Assembly: GCA_958295465.1 (NCBI GenBank)
Contig: OY282353.1
Span: 5,515,664-5,579,663 of the forward strand
Reading direction: 5' to 3'
Source: an uncultured Gammaproteobacteria bacterium
Lineage (GTDB): Bacteria; Pseudomonadota; Gammaproteobacteria; HK1
DNA length: 64,000 nt
Below are positions 55,994-64,000 of the stretch, piece by piece; the stretch's first letter is position 1, and the number at the start of each line of letters is the position of its first letter. Under the pieces are notes generated by a model. That model was not told where the DNA came from, made no database searches, and worked only from the letters and a program-made list of their open reading frames with translations. The position numbers and the translations under genes are program-made.

Positions 55994-56980
55994 TCAGGGT
56001 CCGGCGTCATGCGACCCGGGCCGTCCGTTCCGGGCGGAACGGAGCAGCGATTGCGCCGCCTTGATCCCGAAACGGCCCAGGGCGCCGGCGCCGATGAGGA
56101 GCCCCAGCAGGGAAAACAGGAGAGAGGTGCGGAAGTGCACGCGGAAGTAGCGCAGGAAGCCGCGGGTCTTGTGCCACTCCACCCGGAGCGGGCTGGCCCG
56201 GCTGCTGCCGGCATGATGAACGGCCTCCACGTGCGGGGCGAAGTAGACCGGGATCCCCGTCCGGTGCAGCCGGAGGCAGAGATCGAGATCGTCGACATGC
56301 AGAAAGTAGCCTTCATCCATGCCGCCCACGGTGCGGAAGGTCGCAGCCGGCAGCATCATGCAGGCGCCGCTGATGGCCGGTACGCGGGCGGTGCCGCGGG
56401 GGAGCGGGTGGTCATGGTGGTTGAGCCGGTGATGGCGGAAAAGCCGCGGCGCCAGCCTGTCCAGCCGGAACGTTTCGACCAGTGCGGTGCGCGGCGTCAG
56501 CAGCGCCCGCCGTGACCCGCGCTGGTCGTTCCCGTCGGGATCGAGCACGCGGCAACCGAGCATCCAGTCGTCGCCGAGCGCCGCGGCCTCGGCCAGCAAG
56601 GCGGGAACCGCGCCGGGGCCGAGGCGGCAGTCGGGGTTCAGCAGCAGCAGGTGGCGACCCCTCGCATGGCGGGCCCCGAGGTTGCAGCCCTGCGCGAACC
56701 CGATGTTGCCTCGACCGCCGACGAGTGTGAAGCGGGGCTCCGCCTCTGCCCGGCGCACAAGTTCCGCGACGACCTCGGGCGGGTTGCCGTTGTCGATCAA
56801 TATCAGCTCGGCTACGCCTTCCTGATCCCGGGCGAGCACCGCGTCGATGGCCACGAACAGCACGTCCCCGGTCCGGTACGAAACCATGACGACGCTGACC
56901 CCCTCCACCGGAGTATGGCAGAATATCGTGGCGTCCTCTGGTCCGCTTCCCGCCACACCCGTCACCACGTCCGATCGCAT
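55994..56980 (-). CDS. GT2-family glycosyltransferase
   Basis: VSVVMVSYRTGDV..LILIDNGN..LLLNPD (DxD-like), ISGACMML, and a C-terminal TM segment. Confidence 0.75.
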   Translation of the reverse strand: MRSDVVTGVAGSGPEDATIFCHTPVEGVSVVMVSYRTGDVLFVAIDAVLARDQEGVAELILIDNGNPPEVVAELVRRAEAEPRFTLVGGRGNIGFAQGCNLGARHARGRHLLLLNPDCRLGPGAVPALLAEAAALGDDWMLGCRVLDPDGNDQRGSRRALLTPRTALVETFRLDRLAPRLFRHHRLNHHDHPLPRGTARVPAISGACMMLPAATFRTVGGMDEGYFLHVDDLDLCLRLHRTGIPVYFAPHVEAVHHAGSSRASPLRVEWHKTRGFLRYFRVHFRTSLLFSLLGLLIGAGALGRFGIKAAQSLLRSARNGRPGSHDAGP

Positions 56981-57109
56981 GATGTCCCAATCCGGTATGA
57001 GGTGTGCGTGGCGCCGGTCCCGCACTCCATACGGCATCCTGCGCCGCCGAGCGCCGGCCACGCCGCCGCGTCCCGTTCGCCGCCGCCCGTCCCTCGGGGG
57101 GAGCGCACC

Positions 57110-58126
57110 GTGATCGCGCTCGCGGCCGTGGTCGCGTTCACGGTCGTGACGGTGGCCGCAGGCTGGCTCGCATCGCGCAAACCGCACCGCTGGTTCGTCG
57201 ATCATTCCAACGAGCGTTCGCTGCACGACCGACCGGTATCCCGCGCCGGCGGCATCGCGATACTCGCCGGCATGTCGGCCGGGCTCACGACCCTGGCGTT
57301 CATCGAAGCGCCCATGCCCGGGTCAGGCTGGATACTCGCCGGCGCCATCGTCATCGTTTCCGTTTCGTTCGCGGACGACCTCCGGCGGGTCTCCCCCATC
57401 ATACGCATCGTCTGCCACCTCGCGGCAGGCATCTGCGTAGTGCTCGCCGGCCTGTCGGCCGAGAAGATCGCCCTCCCCGGCACGATGCTCCATCCCGGCC
57501 CGGGCGCGGGCACCGCGTTCACCATCCTGTTCGTGGCATGGTTCGTCAATCTATACAATTTCATGGACGGGATGGACGGGCTCGCGGGCGGTATGACGGT
57601 GATCGGCTTCACGACCCTCGCAGTGCTCTGCGCCGGCCAGGGCGCGGACGGGCTCGCCGCCGCGAGCCTGGTGGTGACGGCGGCGTCTCTCGGATTCCTC
57701 CCGTTCAACTTTCCACCGGCGAGGATTTTCATGGGTGACCTCGGCTCCACGCTCCTGGGATATACCTGCGCAGTCGCGATGCTGTGGGCCGAGCGTTCCG
57801 CATTCGTCCCGCTGTGGATCTCCTGCCTCGTATTCTCCCCGTTCATCGTCGATGCATCGGTCACGCTCGCTCGGCGGGCCATTGCGGGCGAGCGGCCGTG
57901 GCACGCACATCGCGACCACTTCTACCAGCGTCTCGTGCGGCTCGGATGGGGACACCGCAAGACCGTCGTCCTCGAATATGGCCTGATGCTTGCGTGCGCC
58001 TGTTCCGCCGTGGCGGTGCTTCGGCTGCCGCCCGGCGCGCAGGGGACGCTGTTGGGTATGTGGGTGGCTGCATACGTTATCCTCATGCTCCGCGTCGCGC
58101 GCCTCGAACGGGAGGCGAAGGCTTGA
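57110..58126 (+). CDS. Polyprenyl-phosphate HexNAc-1-phosphate transferase (WecA/WbpL/MraY family)
   Basis: NLYNFMDGMDGLAGG and FMGDLGSTLLG motifs, ~10 TM segments. GTG start at 57110 after a G-rich RBS. Confidence 0.85.
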   Translation: MIALAAVVAFTVVTVAAGWLASRKPHRWFVDHSNERSLHDRPVSRAGGIAILAGMSAGLTTLAFIEAPMPGSGWILAGAIVIVSVSFADDLRRVSPIIRIVCHLAAGICVVLAGLSAEKIALPGTMLHPGPGAGTAFTILFVAWFVNLYNFMDGMDGLAGGMTVIGFTTLAVLCAGQGADGLAAASLVVTAASLGFLPFNFPPARIFMGDLGSTLLGYTCAVAMLWAERSAFVPLWISCLVFSPFIVDASVTLARRAIAGERPWHAHRDHFYQRLVRLGWGHRKTVVLEYGLMLACACSAVAVLRLPPGAQGTLLGMWVAAYVILMLRVARLEREAKA

Positions 58127-60015
58127 AGATCGCACGGATCGCCGGCCGGTTGCGCAGTCGGGGGGGCGCTCTCGCACATGACCTCCTGATGATTCCGGTC
58201 GCCTGGCTGGGAGCGTTCTGGCTGCGATTCAACCTCGATTCGATTCCGACGGATTTCCTTGATCAGGCGCTTGTCCTGCTGCCCATGATCGTCGTCATTC
58301 AGGGTCTGGTCTTCCTGTACTTCGGCCTGTACCGTGGTGTGTGGCAATTCGCGTCACTGCCCGATCTCACCCGGATCATCCAGGCGGCCGCCGTCGGAGT
58401 GGTCTTGTGCGCGGCCGCCGCGTTCTTCATGACTCGCATGATCCACGTCCCCCGCGCGTCCTTTCCGCTCTTCGCGGTATTGCTCATCACTCTCCTGAGC
58501 GGGCCGCGGCTCGCCTACCGCTGGGCCAAGGATCGATGGCCCGATACGGCGGATTTGAAAAAGGTCCTCATCGTGGGAGCGGGAAGAGCGGGAGAGGAGC
58601 TTGCACGCTCTCTGCTGCTCGACCCGACCCGCGGGCATCATCCGGTCGGCTTCATCGACGACGATCCCGAAAAAGAAGGCCGCGACGTTCGCGGCGTTCC
58701 TATCCTTGGCCACTGTGGACGGATTCCCGAGATCGCCGCGTATACCGGCGCCGATCTCGTTGTCATTGCGGTACCGTCCGCGAGCACGATCCAGATGCGC
58801 AGACTCATAGAATGTTGCGAGCGTTCGAGCTTGCCGATCCAGACTGTTTCCCGCACACGAGATTTCGTCTCTGCTCGTGCTGCGGTCGGAGAGTTGCGGG
58901 ACATCGCCATCGAGGATCTTCTGAACCGGCAGCCGACGAAGATCGACTGGCCTGGAATGCGGGACGTGCTGGCCGCACGCACGGTTCTCGTGACCGGGGG
59001 TGGCGGTTCGATCGGGAGCGAGTTGTGCCGCCAGATTGCACAACTCGATCCTTCCCACCTCGTCATCGTGGACGCCAGCGAATTCAATCTTCATCGCATC
59101 CACCTCGAACTCCGTGACGCCTGTCCGAATCTCTCGTTCTCGATCATTCTCGCCGACGTCTGTGACACGGCCGCCGTGGAGCGTATCTTCGAGCGCCACG
59201 GTCCGGATGTCGTGTTTCACGCAGCCGCGTACAAACATGTGCCGATGCTCGAAAGTCACCTGCGGGAGGCGGTCCGGGTGAACGTTCTGGGTACGCATAC
59301 GGTGGCGCGTACGGCGGCACGGCACGCCGTCGGCCGCTTCGTGTTCATATCGAGTGACAAGGCGGTGAACCCGGCGAATGCGATGGGTGCGAGCAAGCGG
59401 CTCGCGGAGAAGGTATGCCACGCCGTTCATGACGCCTCGCCGGCGACCCGGTTCATGACGGTGCGGTTCGGGAACGTGCTCGACTCCGCCGGCAGCGTCG
59501 TACCGTTGTTTCGCGAGCAGATTGCACGCGGCGGTCCGGTCACGGTGACCGACCGGAGAATGCAGCGCTACTTCATGACGATCTCCGAGGCATGTCAGCT
59601 CGTCATTGCCTCGGCCGCCCTCGGGGAAGGCGGCGAGGTGTTCGTGCTCGACATGGGCGAGCCCATGCGGATCATGTATCTGGCCGAGCGGATGATCCGG
59701 CTCTCCGGGAAGATCCCGGGCAAGGACGTTGCCATCGAGTTCATCGGCCCCCGGCCGGGGGAGAAGCTCTCCGAGGAATTGTTCCACCCCGTCGAGCCGC
59801 TCAATACGACCCGCCATGCGAAGATCCTCCTCGCCCCTCACCGTCCCCTCGAGCACGCCGGGTTCGCGGAGCGGCTCGCGAAGTTGCGCAAGGCGTGCGA
59901 CGCGTTCGACGAACCGGCGCTGGAGCGCATCCTCACCGGGCTGGTCCCCGAGTATCTCCCTGAACCGTCGCCGCCACTGGAGGACGTGATTCCGATTACC
60001 CGGGCAAAACGCTGA
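58123..60015 (+). CDS. Membrane-anchored nucleotide-sugar 4,6-dehydratase/epimerase (CapD/WbpM family)
   Basis: N-terminal TM segments, VLVTGGGGSIGSEL, AAAYKHVP, and FISSDKAVNP..MGASKR. A probable TTG start overlaps the upstream stop (TTGA). Confidence 0.85.
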   Translation: MKIARIAGRLRSRGGALAHDLLMIPVAWLGAFWLRFNLDSIPTDFLDQALVLLPMIVVIQGLVFLYFGLYRGVWQFASLPDLTRIIQAAAVGVVLCAAAAFFMTRMIHVPRASFPLFAVLLITLLSGPRLAYRWAKDRWPDTADLKKVLIVGAGRAGEELARSLLLDPTRGHHPVGFIDDDPEKEGRDVRGVPILGHCGRIPEIAAYTGADLVVIAVPSASTIQMRRLIECCERSSLPIQTVSRTRDFVSARAAVGELRDIAIEDLLNRQPTKIDWPGMRDVLAARTVLVTGGGGSIGSELCRQIAQLDPSHLVIVDASEFNLHRIHLELRDACPNLSFSIILADVCDTAAVERIFERHGPDVVFHAAAYKHVPMLESHLREAVRVNVLGTHTVARTAARHAVGRFVFISSDKAVNPANAMGASKRLAEKVCHAVHDASPATRFMTVRFGNVLDSAGSVVPLFREQIARGGPVTVTDRRMQRYFMTISEACQLVIASAALGEGGEVFVLDMGEPMRIMYLAERMIRLSGKIPGKDVAIEFIGPRPGEKLSEELFHPVEPLNTTRHAKILLAPHRPLEHAGFAERLAKLRKACDAFDEPALERILTGLVPEYLPEPSPPLEDVIPITRAKR

Positions 60016-60117
60016 CGGCGGATTTCATGCGCCGGCATCCCTGGCGCCCTCCGATGATCCGTCGTGCCGGCGGATGCATCCGGTCCGCGGCAATGAACGA
60101 GTCCGACCCGTAGCAGC

Positions 60118-61218
60118 TTACGAGACGCGCGCCGCAACCTCCTCGGCGATCGCGAGCGACGAGGTGAGTCCCGGCGATTCGATCCCGAACAGATTCACCA
60201 GGCCGTCGATGCCATGGGTCTCCGGACCCTGTACGACGAAGTCCGGAGCGGTCTCCCCCGGACCGTGGATCTTGGGGCGGATGCCGGTGTAGTCGGGTTG
60301 CAGCGCGCCATCCCGCAAGGCCGGGTAGTAGCGCCGGATCGATGCGTAGAAGCTCTCGATCCGACCGGCGTCCACGTCGTAGTCGAGGGTATCGACCCAG
60401 TGCAGATCGGGGCCGAAACGGCAGCGGTTGTCGAGATCGAGCCCGACGTGTACCCCGAGCCAGGCGCCCGAGTGCATCGGATAGACGAGGCGTGAGAAAG
60501 GCGAGCGGCCGGTGAGGCAGAAGTAGTTTCCCTTCGCGTAGTGCAGTGGCGGCACGTGCCCGGGGTCGAGCCCTTCGATGCTCCGCGCGACGTCCTGGGC
60601 CCCGAGCGCCGCCGCGTTGACGACGACGTCGCCGACCAGGCTCACCGGCTCTGCCCCGCCGGCGTCGATGCGGATCCCGTCGTCGCGCACCGCGCCGCCG
60701 AGACAGGGGCTCCCGAGCGCAACGACCGCACCGGCCGCCTCGGCGTCTCCTTCCAGCGCGAGCATGTACCCGTGGACGTCGACGATGCCGGTCGAGGGTG
60801 AGAGGAACGCGCCCACGCAGTCCACCTGCGGCTCCAGCTTGCGGGTCTCCTCTGGATCGAGGCGCACGAGATCCCCGACCCCGTTTCCCCGCGCCCGCTC
60901 GACGAGCGCCTCCATGGCATCGAGTTGCCCGTCCTCGGTGGCGACCACCAGCTTGCCGGTACGGGCATGAGCGACCCCGTGGCTCGCGCAGAAATCATAG
61001 AGCGCATGTTTGCCGGCCACGCACGCATGCGCCTTCAGGCTCCCTTTCGGGTAGTACAGGCCGGCGTGAACGACCCCGGAGTTGCGCGAACTCACCTCCG
61101 AGCCGATCACGTGGTGCCGCTCCAGGACGACCACCTCGCGGCCGCGGAGCGCGAGCGCACGCGCAACCGCCAGCCCGACGACGCCGGCGCCGATCACGAT
61201 GCATTCGATGCGGTCCAT
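60118..61218 (-). CDS. FAD-dependent oxidoreductase (DAO family, hydroxyglutarate/glycerol-3-P oxidase-like)
   Basis: CIVIGAGVVGLAVA dinucleotide-binding motif, with SRNSGVVHAG following. Confidence 0.75.
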   Translation of the reverse strand: MDRIECIVIGAGVVGLAVARALALRGREVVVLERHHVIGSEVSSRNSGVVHAGLYYPKGSLKAHACVAGKHALYDFCASHGVAHARTGKLVVATEDGQLDAMEALVERARGNGVGDLVRLDPEETRKLEPQVDCVGAFLSPSTGIVDVHGYMLALEGDAEAAGAVVALGSPCLGGAVRDDGIRIDAGGAEPVSLVGDVVVNAAALGAQDVARSIEGLDPGHVPPLHYAKGNYFCLTGRSPFSRLVYPMHSGAWLGVHVGLDLDNRCRFGPDLHWVDTLDYDVDAGRIESFYASIRRYYPALRDGALQPDYTGIRPKIHGPGETAPDFVVQGPETHGIDGLVNLFGIESPGLTSSLAIAEEVAARVS

Positions 61219-61224
61219 GCCGGC

Positions 61225-61529
61225 TCACCGGACGCCGGCCCGCCGACCGGCCCCTGGCGCTGCGCCGGCCGGGATGCACTCGACGCCATCCGGGTCGAAG
61301 CCGAATCCCGTGTCCACGAGGCGTGCGGCCTGGATGCGCCCGCCGTCCACGGCCAGGGTCTGTCCGCTGATTGCGGTATGCGCGGCGAGAAAGAGCATCG
61401 CACCGGCGATGTCCTCGGGCTTCACGATCCGCTTCAGCATCGGCCGAACAGCTCCACCGCCGCGCGCCCGATGCCCGACGACCCTCCGGTGACCAGCACC
61501 GCCTTGTCCTTCAGGTCCGCGGTGACCAT
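61225..61529 (-). pseudogene. Short-chain dehydrogenase with large internal deletion and frameshift
   Basis: The N-terminus KAVLVTGGSSGIGRAAVELFG runs straight into a stop. The overlapping frame continues with the SDR C-terminus KPEDIAGAMLFLAAHTAISGQTLAVDGG. The catalytic middle part (~180 aa expected) is absent. Confidence 0.7.
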
Positions 61530-61774
61530 CTCGTGTCCTCGTTCGACGTTCCGTTGGATCCCCGGGATACGTCCGGTACGTTCCCGGGCGGATACCAAAC
61601 CCTCCACTCGCTCGAAACCCCGGTTGATTCGTCTCCGGATGATATTCCAAAAACCCCATGATCGGCGGTCTGCACACCCCGCCCGCCATGGAACGGGCAG
61701 AGCGTCCTGGGAGCGCTGACTTCGCTCAGGATGGCGCCCGCCGGTGCTTGACGGGAATATCGATCCACACCGCC

Positions 61775-62713
61775 TCAAAGCTCGGCCGCTAACTCCAGCA
61801 CCGCCCGTGCGAGGGTCGCCTTGTCCGCGCCGGTACGCATCAGGGTCGGAGCTACGCGCACGGGACGATCGAACCCGGCCGCGTCCGCTGCATCCTCCGA
61901 ATCGATGATCCAGGCATCCACGACGTCCCCGTAGTGCCGCTCGATGGCGCGGTTGGAGACGTCGAGGCCGAGCTCGCGCATCATCTTCGCGGTGGGACCC
62001 TTCACCGCGCGGCCCCCGACGATCGGCGAGACCCCGATCACCGGAGCGGCGGCGGCCCGGATCGCATCGGCCATCCCGGGCACCGCGAGGATCGGGTCGA
62101 TGCTGATGAAGGGGTTGGACGGGCACACGACGACACACCGCAACGAAGGATCGGCGAGCGCCGCCAGCGCCGCCCCGCACGGGCGCGCGTCCCCGGCGCC
62201 CTCGAAGTCGAAGCCGGTGACCACCGGCTCGCACCGGTCGCGCACGAAGTAGTGCTGGAACGGCAGCCGCCCGCCCGGCGTGCGCACGGTGGTGCGTACC
62301 GCCGCGTCGCAGGCAGGCACGATCCGCGCGCGCACCCCGAGGCGGCGGGCCACGTTCTCGGTGACGTGCGACAGCGGTTCGCCGGCTGCGAGGCGGCGGC
62401 TGCGCTCGACGTGCAGGGCGAGGTCGCCGTCGCCGAGCCGGAACCAGCTCTCTCCGCCGAGAGCGGCCAGTGCCTGCATGAACGTCCAGGTCTCGCCGCC
62501 ACGCCCCCAGCCGGTCTCGGAGTTGGCGAGCCCGGCCAGCGTGTAGAGGACGGTGTCCGCGTCGGGACAGATGCGCAGCCCCAGGTGGTCGAAGTCGTCG
62601 CCCGGGTTGCAGATCACGGTGAGCGAATCGGGCGGCAGCACGCGGTACAGGCCGAGCGCGAGCTTCGCGCCCCCGACGCCACCGGACAGCGCCACCACCG
62701 GGCCGACGTTCAT
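61775..62713 (-). CDS. cofD: 2-phospho-L-lactate transferase (F420 biosynthesis)
   Basis: LSGGVGGAKLALGL, CPSNPFISIDPIL and SPIVGG..VKGPT motifs are typical of CofD/FbiA. Confidence 0.85.
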   Translation of the reverse strand: MNVGPVVALSGGVGGAKLALGLYRVLPPDSLTVICNPGDDFDHLGLRICPDADTVLYTLAGLANSETGWGRGGETWTFMQALAALGGESWFRLGDGDLALHVERSRRLAAGEPLSHVTENVARRLGVRARIVPACDAAVRTTVRTPGGRLPFQHYFVRDRCEPVVTGFDFEGAGDARPCGAALAALADPSLRCVVVCPSNPFISIDPILAVPGMADAIRAAAAPVIGVSPIVGGRAVKGPTAKMMRELGLDVSNRAIERHYGDVVDAWIIDSEDAADAAGFDRPVRVAPTLMRTGADKATLARAVLELAAEL

Positions 62714-63031
62714 CGATGATCCGGGGCAGTCACGCGAAAGTACCGGGAAGGAAGTCGCCTGGGGCTCGCTTCTCGATCACCGGAGCCGTGGCGCCGGCGG
62801 ATGCCGGCCTCGTCGGGCGCGGGGTGTGCCGTTTCCGCTCGCGGGCGACCGGAGGATGGATACGCGGGACAGCAGGTCGCCGCCGGCCACGCATTCGATG
62901 ATCGATCCAGCCGCTTCCGCATCGGGGAAACGCACGCGCCGGGAAGGTGCACAATCTCCTCCCGCAACCGTGGCAGCTCCTCCGACAGGAAGAACAACGG
63001 CATGACATCCATTGCGATTCCGGCCCGGCGC

Positions 63032-63901
63032 TCAGCGGAAGAGGTCACGCTCGCGTTCGCGCACGAGCGCTCGGGCCGGCGACGGCTCGCCGCTCCATGC
63101 GAGCCCCCGCACGTGTACGGCCGGTACGCCCTCTCCGGCCTCCCCGGCGACGAGGTTCGCGGCCGAGGCGATCTGGTCGGCGAAGCCGGTCAGCGTCACC
63201 TTCAGCGACTCGCCGAAGAGGTCCGGGGCGCCACGCAGATCGACGAGCGAGGGCAGTCCCGCCGCGCCGACCGCGATGCCCGCCACCCCGTGCCGCCACG
63301 CCCGGCCCACGCTGTCGCTGACGACTACCGCGAGGCGGCATCCGAAGCGCGCTTCGAGGGCGCGATGGAGCGCCGCCGCGCTCGCGTCCGGGTCGCTCGG
63401 CAGCAGGAGCACCGTTTCATCGGCGAGCGCTTCATCGGCAACCGCTTCGTCGTCAATCTCCATGCCGTTTCCCGGGTCAGCGACGCCCAAACGCCCGACG
63501 TTCGAACGGTCCACACCGGCGTTGGCCATGACGTGTCCGCTGCGATGCTCGGCGACGAGCACGCCGTGGCCGTGGGCGACGATCTCGTTCGACTCCCCCA
63601 GCATGACCTCCACCATGCGCGGGTCCTTGCCGAGGGAGGCGGCCAGCTCGACCGCGCGCGGCGACGGCTCCACGTCCGTGAGCCGCACGCGCCGTCCTTC
63701 CGCCTTGGAGACGATCTTCTGGGTCACGACGACGACGTCGAAGTCCGCCGGGACGACGCCGGTGGCGGCGATCGCGTCACCGACGAGGCCCGCGACGTCG
63801 TCTCCCTCGCGGACGATTGGGATGCCCGCGAGCGGCGTCAGGGTGAGGGGGCGGGGAGACGGCGGGTGCAATTCAGGAGAACGGCGTGACGGTGTGGTCA
63901 A
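63032..63901 (-). CDS. cofE: Coenzyme F420-0:L-glutamate ligase, stand-alone form
   Basis: VVVTQKIVSKAEGR, MANAGVDRSN, LLLPSDPDASA and SDSVGRAWRHG motifs. There is no fused nitroreductase domain, and there is an acidic insertion after the NAGVD motif. Confidence 0.8.
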   Translation of the reverse strand: MTTPSRRSPELHPPSPRPLTLTPLAGIPIVREGDDVAGLVGDAIAATGVVPADFDVVVVTQKIVSKAEGRRVRLTDVEPSPRAVELAASLGKDPRMVEVMLGESNEIVAHGHGVLVAEHRSGHVMANAGVDRSNVGRLGVADPGNGMEIDDEAVADEALADETVLLLPSDPDASAAALHRALEARFGCRLAVVVSDSVGRAWRHGVAGIAVGAAGLPSLVDLRGAPDLFGESLKVTLTGFADQIASAANLVAGEAGEGVPAVHVRGLAWSGEPSPARALVRERERDLFR

Positions 63902-64000
63902 TGCCCCTGTTCACCACTGACGAAGGTCTCGTGGAGGCCGTCGGTCATGCGAAGATTCTACGCGGAATCCACCGCTTCCGAACTGGCATGGAACGACTGT

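Noticed and set aside
62710-63048. 112-aa ORF filling the cofE-cofD gap, with an ATGA overlap to cofD.
   Set aside because: Third-position GC is clearly lower than in neighbouring genes. The second half is Arg/Pro/Ser-rich, and I recognised no motifs. It may be non-coding spacer or a decayed gene, so I did not call it a CDS.

Overview
This is a 64-kb chromosomal segment from a high-GC Gram-negative, probably proteobacterial, genome. By eye the housekeeping genes are about 65-72% GC. I cannot assign a taxon from sequence alone.

Backbone genes, in order:
- sixA, a NUDIX hydrolase, a DMT transporter and mtfA
- cobW-cobN
- a TRAP transporter whose DctM carries a long C-terminal extension
- higBA
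- a translationally coupled four-rhodanese protein and acyl-CoA dehydrogenase
- an MltF-like transglycosylase
- a catabolic cluster: mmsA, a second TRAP transporter, an Fe-alcohol dehydrogenase and an IclR regulator
- a HIT protein
- an FAD oxidoreductase, then cofD and cofE (F420 biosynthesis)

Two regions look foreign.
1. A 6.25-kb island (15988-22237) sits between two direct copies of the last 678 bp of dctM. It carries a DDE-transposase IS and a very AT-rich operon (about 33-40% GC). The operon encodes an SPPY amino-methyltransferase, an ABC/AAA_21-type ATPase with a roughly 210-aa unknown N-terminal domain, and an HNH protein. The genes are joined by a 4-nt gap and an ATGA overlap. I read this as a Septu-like (PtuA/PtuB) module wired to a methyltransferase. 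It is my best candidate for an undescribed defence or restriction-like system.
2. An ABC-transporter-dependent polysaccharide locus (about 37.7-60.0 kb) has lower GC. Its centre is a 2393-aa polyprotein with the domain order sulfotransferase, coiled-coil repeats, WbsX, RgpF, GT2, GT4, GT2, zinc ribbon. It contains eight perfect 42-bp in-frame tandem repeats, and a perfect 36-bp inverted repeat brackets its stop codon.

Other notable structure:
- A 101-bp x4 tandem repeat duplicates the rhodanese-stop/ACAD-start junction. This creates a chain of three chimeric 34-codon mini-ORFs, all joined by GTGA overlaps.
- There are many gene relics: Avd-like, Rpn, AAA ATPase, enolase-family, M24, MFS, ISAs1, rph and SDR fragments.

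All calls come from reading the translated ORFs and the DNA by eye. No database searches were run.
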